Origin: Candidatus Aenigmatarchaeota archaeon
GTDB lineage: Archaea > Aenigmatarchaeota > Aenigmatarchaeia > CG10238-14 > SCSR01
DNA length: 38,230 nucleotides
NCBI GenBank assembly: GCA_039091335.1
Contig: JAWCME010000004.1
Span: 1-38,230 of the forward strand
Reading direction: 5' to 3'
Part shown: one piece after another, positions 8,665 to 17,564 of the stretch
Layout: each line of letters opens with the position of its first letter
How positions within the stretch are numbered: position 1 is the stretch's first letter
Made by a program: the position numbers and the translations under genes
The notes under the pieces: model-generated
Told to the model about the DNA's origin: nothing
Database searches by the model: none
What the model saw: only the letters and a program-made list of their open reading frames with translations

Positions 8665-9539
8665 AAAGAATACCTTTTGTTCCTTTTAATCTTAAAATTG
8701 CCAACAAACTATCAAGGCCATTTCTATGGGTATCTAGCAAGGTAGTTAAATTCAACCCGTTTCTCTCTCAAAAAATTATACAGGCTGGAATAGAATTAAA
8801 AGACAGGGAATATCTTTCAATTGCAATGTTGTCATCATCATTTTGGTTCTTTGTTACACTTATTCTATTCTCTTCTATGGGGTTTTTGATCTTTAAAACA
8901 TTTGTTACTGTTTCTCTGTTTTTTTCTGTTCTTATATTCATCGTTTCTTTTGCTTATATAACATTCTATCCAAGCCTAATTGTTTCGAGAAAAAATAGGG
9001 ATATAGAAAGAAACTTACTTTTTGCGATAAGACATTTGTTCATTCAAGTTCGTTCAGGCGTTTCCCTCTTTGACTCTCTTGTGTCAGTTTCAAAAGGAAA
9101 CTATGGTACAATATCAGAGGAATTTTCAAGATGCACAAAAGAGATAGCTACTGGAAAAGAAGAGATAGCTGCACTAGAAGAGCTTGCATTTAGAAACCCG
9201 AATGTGGCATTTAAAAGAGTTATTTGGCAGATAGTTAATAGCTTAAGGGCAGGGGGGGATATAGGAAATACCTTAAAAATTATGGCTGAAAATTTGTCAG
9301 AGGAACAAAAGGTAAAGATAAGAAAGTATGGTTCTAGACTAAGTCCAATGGCCCTGATGTATTTAATGTTTACTGTAATTTTACCAACGCTTGGAATAAC
9401 TTTCCTTATAATATTCTCTACTTTCTCTGGAATACAAATACCAACAACCTTTTTCTACCTCATACTTTTTGTGATCATAGTTTTTCAGTTTATGTTCATA
9501 GGCATGGTGAAGAACAGTAGGCCTGGTGTTGAGATATGA
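8661..9539 (+). CDS. TadB/TadC-like (T2SSF) pilus platform membrane protein
   Basis: Four hydrophobic segments flanking IERNLLFAIRHL...SGVSLFDSL...YGTISEEF...GGDI. Its start overlaps the ATPase stop (ATGA-type overlap). Confidence 0.9.
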   Translation: MKRIPFVPFNLKIANKLSRPFLWVSSKVVKFNPFLSQKIIQAGIELKDREYLSIAMLSSSFWFFVTLILFSSMGFLIFKTFVTVSLFFSVLIFIVSFAYITFYPSLIVSRKNRDIERNLLFAIRHLFIQVRSGVSLFDSLVSVSKGNYGTISEEFSRCTKEIATGKEEIAALEELAFRNPNVAFKRVIWQIVNSLRAGGDIGNTLKIMAENLSEEQKVKIRKYGSRLSPMALMYLMFTVILPTLGITFLIIFSTFSGIQIPTTFFYLILFVIIVFQFMFIGMVKNSRPGVEI

Positions 9540-10549
9540 TTGAAAGAATGTATAGAAGGATAAGGTGGGCATACCCAAAGTGGTATGTAAAATGGATAGA
9601 AAAGAATATTGTATATGCTGGAATGGAAATTAAAGTTGAAAGGTTTATTACACTTTCTTTTTTATATTCGCTTTCCTTCTCCTTCTTCATTTTCTCAGTT
9701 TTATTACTATTCAACCATTTAATAATAGCACTTATAAGCCTTCCAATTCTTTTCATTCTATTTCAACTAATTTTTGACTTGATAGTTATTTTTATCGGAG
9801 ATAATAGGGGGGGATTTGCAGAGCTTGTTTTACCAGACGCATTGCAGCTAATGTCTGCAAACATAAAGTCAGGGCTTACTCCGGATAAGGCATTGCTTTT
9901 TGCTGCAAGGCCAGAATTTGGAATTCTAGAAAAAGAGATTAAGTTAGCAGCAAGCAAGGCCGTTGCTGGTGAGCCAATAGAAGATGCTTTAATTGAACTT
10001 GGAAGCAGAATAAAATCAAGAATTATTAACAGAACATTCGCCCTTATAGTTGAAGGAATGAAAAAAGGAGGGGAAATAGCAAGTCTGCTAGAACAAACCG
10101 CAGAGGATGTTAGGGATTTGAAACTTTTAAAAAAGGAAATTTCTGCTCAAGTTAGCATGTACTCAATTTTTATACTCATCGCTGTTGGTTTTGCTTCCCC
10201 GCTTTTGTTTGCGTTTTCTTCCTATCTGGTTGAAACAATGAGCATAGTTGGAAGTAGTTTGAAACTAGAAGAAGCATCTAGATATGCTGTGGTTGGATCT
10301 ATAAGGCTTGGTGTAATAAACATTCCTCCGAATTTTTTGAAATTCTACTCTCTACTACTCCTATCTTCTTCTTCCATATTCGGAAGTTTGCTTGTTGGTT
10401 TATTACAGGAAGGTAAAGAAAGCGCTGGAATAAAGTACATACCAATACTCCTATCATTAAACATATCGATATTCTTTTTTGTAAGAAGCATTCTTTCAGT
10501 TGCCATTGGGTTTTTTGTACCTACTGGGGGATTACAAGGTTTGGTTTAA
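9536..10549 (+). CDS. TadC-like (T2SSF) pilus platform membrane protein
   Basis: LPDALQLMSANIKSGLTPDKAL...ARPEFGILEKE...GGEIASLLE, with multiple TM segments. Confidence 0.92.
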   Translation: MIERMYRRIRWAYPKWYVKWIEKNIVYAGMEIKVERFITLSFLYSLSFSFFIFSVLLLFNHLIIALISLPILFILFQLIFDLIVIFIGDNRGGFAELVLPDALQLMSANIKSGLTPDKALLFAARPEFGILEKEIKLAASKAVAGEPIEDALIELGSRIKSRIINRTFALIVEGMKKGGEIASLLEQTAEDVRDLKLLKKEISAQVSMYSIFILIAVGFASPLLFAFSSYLVETMSIVGSSLKLEEASRYAVVGSIRLGVINIPPNFLKFYSLLLLSSSSIFGSLLVGLLQEGKESAGIKYIPILLSLNISIFFFVRSILSVAIGFFVPTGGLQGLV

Positions 10550-10591
10550 GAATATTTAAGAACAAAAAAGTAAATTTAAATAAGTGATGGA

Positions 10592-10993
10592 ATGAAAGGA
10601 CAGGCTGCAATGGAATTCTTGATGACATACGGTTGGGCAATTTTAATAGTTATAGCAGTAGTTGCAGCATTGTATGCTATGGGTGTTTTCAAGCTACCAA
10701 CAGGTGGATTGGGAAAGTGTAGCCCGTGTTTTCCACCAGGATCCGCAGTAGCTTATGTTGACCACAACAAAGACAACTTGGTTGTAAGGGTTGGACCATA
10801 TTCGATTAATGAAACAAGAGCTGTGGTTGGAGGAACGGGTACAACTATTCAAGATGGGCCGTTCTCAGAAGGTGCACTAATAACTTACAGTTCTGTAGGA
10901 CTTTTTGCTGGGGACGTTGAAGTTACGATTGAATACAAAGACGCACGAACCGGTTTATCACATACGGCAAAAGCAACGCTACATGGAGCCTAA
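10592..10993 (+). CDS. Type IV pilin, probable major pilin (class III signal peptide)
   Basis: MKG|QAAMEFLMTYGWAILIVIAVVAALYAMGVF is the classic archaeal Q+1/E+5 pilin N-terminus. It lies directly after the tadC genes. Confidence 0.92.
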   Translation: MKGQAAMEFLMTYGWAILIVIAVVAALYAMGVFKLPTGGLGKCSPCFPPGSAVAYVDHNKDNLVVRVGPYSINETRAVVGGTGTTIQDGPFSEGALITYSSVGLFAGDVEVTIEYKDARTGLSHTAKATLHGA

Positions 10994-11004
10994 TTTTTCT
11001 TTTT

Positions 11005-11730
11005 TTATTTTTTAATTGAAAACCAAAGGCTGCCCAAATAATAAATTTCTTTACTCGTTTCCATATAAACTCTTATTTCACTCCAGTTTTCTATAGAAAT
11101 GTTTTCTTTTACGTACAAAGGTAATATTGCCATAATTTTTGAAATTTTCAGTATCCCACTTTCATCAGACATCCAAACTATCTGAGTTTCTGGGTCCCCA
11201 AAATAAAAGCTTGATTCTCCCCATAAATAAAATTTTTTTGGTTCTTCAACATTTCTAAGATCTTCAACAAATAAGAAGAAAATTGGTTTGCTTTCGTTCA
11301 GCTCGTAAGTTTCATAAAACCCAGTAACATTGTAAAAACTTGTTTGTATATGGGTAGAATTCTTCTCCAAAATTATAAAATATGGTTGCATTATGTTTAA
11401 ACACTGTCTTACGCCCTCTGAAACAGTAAAAACCATATCCAACTTACCCGAACATATGTCTACAATTTTCACATTAATTCTCTTATATTCTTGCTCTTCA
11501 CTTTCCTTTCCTTTCTCTTCCATTTTTTCTTCAACAGGCTTTTCCGTTTCACTGCTTTTGTTTTCTTGTTTTACCTCGGTAAATGTTTTAGGAATTGCTT
11601 CTCTCTCTTCTTTTTGACTAAAAATTTCTTTTATACTTTTATACCCATTTTCCAATTTCGATTTGTTAAGAAATATTAACACAATTATTACAACCATAAA
11701 AAAGATGATTATTGGTTTAAATTTTTTCAT
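11005..11730 (-). CDS. Membrane-anchored extracellular hypothetical protein
   Basis: N-terminal TM/signal segment, an E/K-rich linker and a beta-rich domain. Last gene of the minor-pilin operon. Confidence 0.75.
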   Translation of the reverse strand: MKKFKPIIIFFMVVIIVLIFLNKSKLENGYKSIKEIFSQKEEREAIPKTFTEVKQENKSSETEKPVEEKMEEKGKESEEQEYKRINVKIVDICSGKLDMVFTVSEGVRQCLNIMQPYFIILEKNSTHIQTSFYNVTGFYETYELNESKPIFFLFVEDLRNVEEPKKFYLWGESSFYFGDPETQIVWMSDESGILKISKIMAILPLYVKENISIENWSEIRVYMETSKEIYYLGSLWFSIKK

Positions 11731-12692
11731 TCAATCACACTGACATTGTAAATTTGAAGGTGGCCCTTACTTTCTATTGAAGTTTCATTGTCTAATCTAA
11801 AATTCTGTGGCATACCAGAAACACTATAAGCTAAAACACCAGTTCTTGAAAAATAGAGGTAATCTATGTTAGTTTCACTTATATTTATCGGAAGGCCTGA
11901 TAAAAGTATTTTATCTTTATTTACAAAACTTTCGAGGCCAACAGGATTTTCTTTTGCATACTTTTCTTGAAGAAAATATTTTCCTTCAAGTCTGTCTAAA
12001 AAGCTTGCACCGTATAAGCTTGGATGATAATAAGATTTTTCCAAATCATCAATCAAATTACTTAAATCCTCGCTAGAATAGTTCATCCAATGTGGGCTCT
12101 TCCTTATAACATTCACTACTCTTCCATAAGTACTTAAAGGATAAATAGGATCTTCAAGATTTTCTATGCTTAATAGCGATTGTTCTCTAGAACTCTTGCT
12201 AATATTTGTTTGAGTTATTGTGTCTGAAATATTGACAAAAATGGAATAGGATATCAATAAATAGAAACTATCTGACTGTTGCACAAACATATCTTCAATC
12301 GAAACATCTGTTTTAAAACCTTGCAAACCTCCTAAGTATTCAATTGTATTTTTCCAGTCCCTTATCGTAGAACTTTCCATAAGACCTTGCTCAACACCAT
12401 CAAGAGTGCCTTCTAACATCAATTCTACTATCGTGTTATTAGAAGAATTCAGTGGCTGGCCATTTGAAATTATGTAGTTTATTGCGGCAGAAATGGCTCT
12501 CCTACCTATTATCTCCATGGATTTTTTTGAATCAAAAACTATGCTCTCATAAAAACCGATCATAGAATTTATTCTATTTTCTACAGACTTTTGAGAAGAA
12601 TAAAAGGAAATCAACATTCTTTGGGAAGAAATAAACATCACTAAGAATATTGTGAAAAAAAACAATATCGTGCTAAAAAAAATTCCCTTCAT
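11727..12692 (-). CDS. Pilin-like protein (class III signal peptide), minor pilin
   Basis: MKG|IFFSTILFFFTIFLVMFI; LEDPIY and GASFLDRLEG motifs. The ATG at 12692 overlaps the upstream stop (ATGA). Confidence 0.8.
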   Translation of the reverse strand: MKGIFFSTILFFFTIFLVMFISSQRMLISFYSSQKSVENRINSMIGFYESIVFDSKKSMEIIGRRAISAAINYIISNGQPLNSSNNTIVELMLEGTLDGVEQGLMESSTIRDWKNTIEYLGGLQGFKTDVSIEDMFVQQSDSFYLLISYSIFVNISDTITQTNISKSSREQSLLSIENLEDPIYPLSTYGRVVNVIRKSPHWMNYSSEDLSNLIDDLEKSYYHPSLYGASFLDRLEGKYFLQEKYAKENPVGLESFVNKDKILLSGLPINISETNIDYLYFSRTGVLAYSVSGMPQNFRLDNETSIESKGHLQIYNVSVIE

Positions 12693-14632
12693 TTTCTCTC
12701 CCAACTCAAAATTTTAAAAATGGCAGGACCCCAAAGCCATTGAATTCCTTGTACAGACTGAGAATCTGTTTTTATTGATTCTGCCTGTATTCCTTCGGCC
12801 CCAATTTGATTAACAAGCCTTTGTTTAGCATCTTCTATTGCTAATTGAGAACTATTAAAAACATTACCATAACCTACTAGACCTTTAACTATGTAGGTAT
12901 ATTCAAATGAAGACCACGGTAGTATGTAGTTTGTGTCTGATACGCTTCCCCCCGGTTGAACATCAACAAGTTCTATGTTATTTTCTCCAACAGACCATAT
13001 TGAAGGGTCGATATAAACACTTTCTGGAACGGTTCTTACTGAAGGAGAAACAAAAATTAAATTTTTAGTAAAGCCGTTAAACCAAGCGTATGCCTTAATC
13101 ATAGAACTAAATCCTTGGGCTATGTGTGTAAAAGTTTCGATTAGATTACTTTCACTAGCTGATAAGTTAAACTTAAAGTTTTTTGGGTTGCTCTCATTTC
13201 CTCCAAAAAGTTTCTCTTTTGTTATATCTATCTCCCCATATTTAATTTGTGGTTTTTCAAGGATATAGGAAACTTCAACATAGCTTGAGTTGTTTGGGTC
13301 GTTAACGGGGTCTGAATATATAATTGCCTCTTCATCACCCCAATGGTTATCACCATAGCAATTCAAATAAATAGAAACAACGTTTGTACCGTTTATTAGG
13401 TTGTCCGTTATGTTTAAATATAACCTAGGGTTCATTTCTCCAACTATGGTTCTTTTGCAATAGTAGCTATCAGTATAATAATAGCAATTTTCAGTGACAC
13501 CATCTTTATATATTGGAACATCTGAATTTACATAAACTTTAATGTCAGTAGCATTAAGCATAAAATATTTCGTATCATCAACATTCTTTGCGTTTAAGTT
13601 TAAAAAAGCAGAAATATTCTTTGCGTTTTCAGGAATATAAAAAGATATCATCGACCATGCCCCTGTCTCTCCCTTAACACTATCAAAATAGAATCTTTTA
13701 TTGAAGCTTGTGTTTGCAGTAAACATTTCTTGAGAAATGCTATGGGTAAGAATCAACCTCATACCTGGATGAATATGGGAATGATAAAATGGGGTTTTAA
13801 TTTCAAATTCAATTGTGTTCTGACTGTTTGGAATTAGGTCTTCAGTAACATCCAAAAAACCATATGCCGCTGTTGTGATTTCACCAAAGCCAATGCTCTG
13901 TTGCAGATATAACCAATTTATGTCGTTCTTCCTTTGTTTACCATTGACTAAAAACTTTACAATCCCAGCACCAGACTCAACATCATTCTTATCGCATCCG
14001 AAGTGAAGAGAAACATAAAGTTTTGCTTCATATATAGTGATATTTGAAAGATAAAAATTTTTCTTTACAGTTAAAGACTTGCTTGGTCTCCAACCAGATC
14101 CTTCTGGATAAAAAGGAATTATTTGTGTAGTGTTTTTTAATACTTTTGTTGCCCAGGCTCTTGCTATATAACCGAAAACAGGCTTTCCAATCTCATAACC
14201 AGAAGCCATTCTGTAAGCTACTGCAATCGTGTTTGAAGTGTAGTTGCAAGAGGAATATATTGTTTCATTTTGTACTTGCAAACTGAAGCAATTATTGGTT
14301 AAATTTTGCAAAATGTCTTTTGTTATGTTTGAAGCTATACTTTTATTTCCAGAATACCAAAAACTGCCGATTAAATCTAACACCGTTCTGTTTAAATCTT
14401 TTTCATCCAAGATTTTTCTTGATATCAACTCTGAAATTGTAGGTGTTTGGGAGAATGAAATTACCTTAAGGTTTGTAAGTAAATTAATTAAATCTTCTGA
14501 TTGATAGCTCAAATACTCAAAGGATATTTCTCTATTTTCTATGTTAGTTGGACGTAAAAAGAAAAAAAGCATAGCGGCCAAACCTAAAGCAATTAGAACG
14601 TCTATGGTGTAAGCAATTCCCTTCAATCCCAT
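12689..14632 (-). CDS. Large pilin-like protein / putative adhesin (647 aa)
   Basis: LKG|IAYTIDVLIALGLAAMLFFF class III-like N-terminus, a long beta-rich body and many NxS/T sequons. Confidence 0.8.
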   Translation of the reverse strand: MGLKGIAYTIDVLIALGLAAMLFFFLRPTNIENREISFEYLSYQSEDLINLLTNLKVISFSQTPTISELISRKILDEKDLNRTVLDLIGSFWYSGNKSIASNITKDILQNLTNNCFSLQVQNETIYSSCNYTSNTIAVAYRMASGYEIGKPVFGYIARAWATKVLKNTTQIIPFYPEGSGWRPSKSLTVKKNFYLSNITIYEAKLYVSLHFGCDKNDVESGAGIVKFLVNGKQRKNDINWLYLQQSIGFGEITTAAYGFLDVTEDLIPNSQNTIEFEIKTPFYHSHIHPGMRLILTHSISQEMFTANTSFNKRFYFDSVKGETGAWSMISFYIPENAKNISAFLNLNAKNVDDTKYFMLNATDIKVYVNSDVPIYKDGVTENCYYYTDSYYCKRTIVGEMNPRLYLNITDNLINGTNVVSIYLNCYGDNHWGDEEAIIYSDPVNDPNNSSYVEVSYILEKPQIKYGEIDITKEKLFGGNESNPKNFKFNLSASESNLIETFTHIAQGFSSMIKAYAWFNGFTKNLIFVSPSVRTVPESVYIDPSIWSVGENNIELVDVQPGGSVSDTNYILPWSSFEYTYIVKGLVGYGNVFNSSQLAIEDAKQRLVNQIGAEGIQAESIKTDSQSVQGIQWLWGPAIFKILSWERK

Positions 14633-15102
14633 ATTATCGTCCTTATTTTAACTATTTTATTATCCAAAATTCCAATTCTCTCTATCTTGTAAATATTTTT
14701 TGAAGAATTCAAATCTATCCTTTCTGGAAATTGAAAAATTATGTTTGTTTCGTTGTATAAAGTGTACTGAAGGTTGTATTTCCCTGTATTTAGAAGGGAT
14801 ATTAATTTTTGATAACCAATTTGTGGAAGCATTTCCATTTTTGTTCTGTTTATCATATTCTCGTTGGTTAAGCCCAGCTCTAATACATTTTCTAATCCCC
14901 AGTGTTTTGGATAACCTTCTTTAAACCATACTTGAGAGGCTTGGATTAAAGTTGAAATCGCAAAATTTTTTTCTTTGACCTCTTGCATTTGAACGACAGA
15001 ATAAAACCAATATCCAAACATTATTGTCAAAATTGCAAAAAAAATTGTTATGGCTATAAAGAAGTCGTATGTTAATGTCTGAGATTTTTTATTTATTAAC
15101 AT
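14623..15102 (-). CDS. Pilin-like protein (minor pilin)
   Basis: MLINKKS|QTLTYDFFIAITIFFAIL; GYPKHW..GL motif shared with ORF 26596-27120 (GEPIDW...IGL). Alternative start at 15114. Confidence 0.8.
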   Translation of the reverse strand: MLINKKSQTLTYDFFIAITIFFAILTIMFGYWFYSVVQMQEVKEKNFAISTLIQASQVWFKEGYPKHWGLENVLELGLTNENMINRTKMEMLPQIGYQKLISLLNTGKYNLQYTLYNETNIIFQFPERIDLNSSKNIYKIERIGILDNKIVKIRTIIWD

Positions 15103-15478
15103 ATATAACCCCATCTATATTTTTGATCAAGTTATTTCCTTTGACAAAATCTCCTGTTACATTTATTGTTAAAATTGGGGATTGGACAAAACCATTGTGC
15201 CATGTTAAAACAACAAAGTAGTTGTTTATGGTTATGTTATAATCTAAAACATTTAATATCCTTTCAGAAATGTAAAATATTCTGGAATATCCACTACCAG
15301 CCTTCAACGCCAAGTTTATCTCAAAAGCAATTTGGTCGCATATCTTTTGAGCGTCATCGTATATTTTTATTGAATATATTTGTCTATTAAACGAGATGTT
15401 ATTGTAAAGGACCAACAAAAGGATTATGATTAGAATTAAAGTAAGTGAAATAAATTCCATACTAACCTGTGCTAACAT
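15089..15478 (-). CDS. Pilin-like protein (minor pilin)
   Basis: MLA|QVSMEFISLTLILIIILLLVL has Q+1/E+5 followed by a hydrophobic helix. Confidence 0.85.
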   Translation of the reverse strand: MLAQVSMEFISLTLILIIILLLVLYNNISFNRQIYSIKIYDDAQKICDQIAFEINLALKAGSGYSRIFYISERILNVLDYNITINNYFVVLTWHNGFVQSPILTINVTGDFVKGNNLIKNIDGVIYVNK

Positions 15479-15872
15479 TTATTTTCACTCCTCCGTAAAT
15501 CGCTTGAATCAAAATGTTATAGTAGCCAGGAGTTAATGGCAAGCTTCCTGTTAAGTTTGCGACAGAATTATAATAAATATCTGAACTCCCGCTTCTTGTT
15601 CTAACCTTCCATTTTATTGTTTTGTTTATAAGAGATATTTCTTCAACATTTTTTGGAATTAATATTAAAATATTGATTTTTGCCGGTTCTCCTTGAGAAT
15701 ATACCCAATCTGCAGATTGGCCAATTCTTCTCAAAGAATCTGACGCTATGGACAAGTTATTATCCTCATCAAACTCCTGTAGTAAGTTATTAAGATATAG
15801 TGCATAAGGAAGCAATACCATAAGGGCAAATGAAAGAATAATCAAATACTCTGTGGCTATCTGAGCTTTCAT
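15462..15872 (-). CDS. Pilin-like protein (minor pilin)
   Basis: MKA|QIATEYLIILSFALMVLLPY; ADWVYSQGEPAK motif. Confidence 0.87.
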   Translation of the reverse strand: MKAQIATEYLIILSFALMVLLPYALYLNNLLQEFDEDNNLSIASDSLRRIGQSADWVYSQGEPAKINILILIPKNVEEISLINKTIKWKVRTRSGSSDIYYNSVANLTGSLPLTPGYYNILIQAIYGGVKINVSTG

Positions 15873-15894
15873 AATTAAATTTACTATTTGAGAA

Positions 15895-16245
15895 TTAAGA
15901 CTTTAATATTTTTTTCAGTTTTTCAGGAATTTCTTCTGACGCAAAACCAAAAACTTTTGAAAGCCTATAAATTTCATAAGATGCAATGAAATAAAGTGTT
16001 AGTGCACTTAACATAAAAACATACTTTATGAAATCTATTGGTGTCCTTGCAAGGTTAAAAAACTCAACCTGGAATTGTGATACTATTGCACCGAACATAA
16101 AAATTGTTCCCCAAATAAAGTTATCAACTATTCTTTGTATTTCTCCTCTTGTGAATTTTAAGCTTGACTTTAAAAGCACTGAGACGCTTAACAAACTAAC
16201 AAAAAGGCATATTAGTGAAAGAGAGGAAAACAATATATAAATCAT
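15895..16245 (-). CDS. Small 3-TM membrane protein
   Basis: Three hydrophobic segments. Its start overlaps the stop of the inactive KaiC-like gene. Confidence 0.8.
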   Translation of the reverse strand: MIYILFSSLSLICLFVSLLSVSVLLKSSLKFTRGEIQRIVDNFIWGTIFMFGAIVSQFQVEFFNLARTPIDFIKYVFMLSALTLYFIASYEIYRLSKVFGFASEEIPEKLKKILKS

Positions 16246-16829
16246 TTTACTTCAACCACCCCATCGCACATCTCTATTAAAATATTTATCATCTTTTCAT
16301 CTATTTGTTTTTCTATAGATATAAGCAATCCTACCAGTCCAAAAAGTCTAAGCCTTGATATTATGAAGTGTACAAATTTTGCTACAACCTCAAATGGGTT
16401 ATAAACCAATAGGGTTGAAACTGAATCAAGAAAGATGAACTTTTTTTCCTTGCGCTTCATTCCTTCTAGTGCTTGAGAAAGGGCGATTGCCAAATCAGTT
16501 AGTTGAGAAGGGGAAGGGATGAACAAACAATCTTCTGTCATCTTTATTTCTTCTGCAACCATTTTTGATATTGCGTCTATGAAAAATATTCCATCTGTCC
16601 TTATGTCGTTTTCTTTTAAATATCTCAATAAAACTTCATAAGGTTTATTTACTGTAATGTATATTCCAGCAAAGCTTTTTTCCCTTATTATTGTTTTTAA
16701 CAGTTTTGGATGTATCTTATGATATTTTTTAGCGTCTATGATGAATAGTATAACACTCTTTGGTTTAATTTTACGAATATAGTCTTTTAATTTTCTCTCC
16801 CCAATTATCTTTTCTATTCCATTTCCCAT
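16242..16829 (-). CDS. Inactivated KaiC/RecA-fold protein (no Walker A)
   Basis: GIYITVNKPY, FFIDAIS, SPSQLTDL and IFLDSVSTLLVYN motifs typical of degenerate archaeal KaiC-like domains. No GxxGxGKT. Confidence 0.8.
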   Translation of the reverse strand: MGNGIEKIIGERKLKDYIRKIKPKSVILFIIDAKKYHKIHPKLLKTIIREKSFAGIYITVNKPYEVLLRYLKENDIRTDGIFFIDAISKMVAEEIKMTEDCLFIPSPSQLTDLAIALSQALEGMKRKEKKFIFLDSVSTLLVYNPFEVVAKFVHFIISRLRLFGLVGLLISIEKQIDEKMINILIEMCDGVVEVK

Positions 16830-16864
16830 ATGTATTCTTATAGTTTTTAAAATAAAGTTTATTT

Positions 16865-17563
16865 ATGCGAGAGAACGATGGAATAGAAAGGGTTGAGTCA
16901 GGAATAGATGGTATGGATACTTTGCTTAGGGGGGGGTTTCCAAAATGGTCCACTATACTTGTTTCTGGTACCCCAGGCACAGGAAAAACGATTCTTTCCT
17001 TGCAGTTTCTTGTTAACGGGGTTCTTAAATGCAAGGAGAAGGGGGTATATATTTCGCTTGAAGAAGATGTTGGAAGAATTAAGAAATATATGTATACAAC
17101 TTTTGGATGGCCACTTGAAAAACTGGAAAAAGAGAGGAAACTTTTACTTATAAAATCTGACATCTACGATTTTGAGAAATTTAAATCCCTAATCGAAACA
17201 AACATTGAAAAAATTGATGCAAAAAGGGTTGTGATAGACCCTCTGACAGTAATAAGTCTTTTTTTTGAAAGACCGCTTGAAATAAGAAGGAGTTTGCTAG
17301 ACCTAGACAAACTTTTGAAAAGGCTAAATTGTACTGCGATGCTCACATGTGAAATACCAGAAGGCTCCTCTTCCATATCATCTTTTGGAATAGAAGAGTT
17401 TACCTCTGATGGAATAATTTTACTTTCCTATTCTCCTGGATCTCCAAGAGGGATAACGATAAGAAAAATGAGGGCAACAAACCATGACGTGAACACACAC
17501 CCGTTTGAGATAAAATCGGGGAAGGGAATAGTGGTATATCCGTATGAAAAGCTTTTCAAATAA
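16865..17563 (+). CDS. Single-domain KaiC-like (RAD55/GvpD-type) ATPase
   Basis: SGIDGMDTLLRGG, GTPGTGKT (Walker A), SLEE, VVID (Walker B), EEFTSDGII and RKMR motifs. Confidence 0.93.
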   Translation: MRENDGIERVESGIDGMDTLLRGGFPKWSTILVSGTPGTGKTILSLQFLVNGVLKCKEKGVYISLEEDVGRIKKYMYTTFGWPLEKLEKERKLLLIKSDIYDFEKFKSLIETNIEKIDAKRVVIDPLTVISLFFERPLEIRRSLLDLDKLLKRLNCTAMLTCEIPEGSSSISSFGIEEFTSDGIILLSYSPGSPRGITIRKMRATNHDVNTHPFEIKSGKGIVVYPYEKLFK

Positions 17564-17564
17564 A

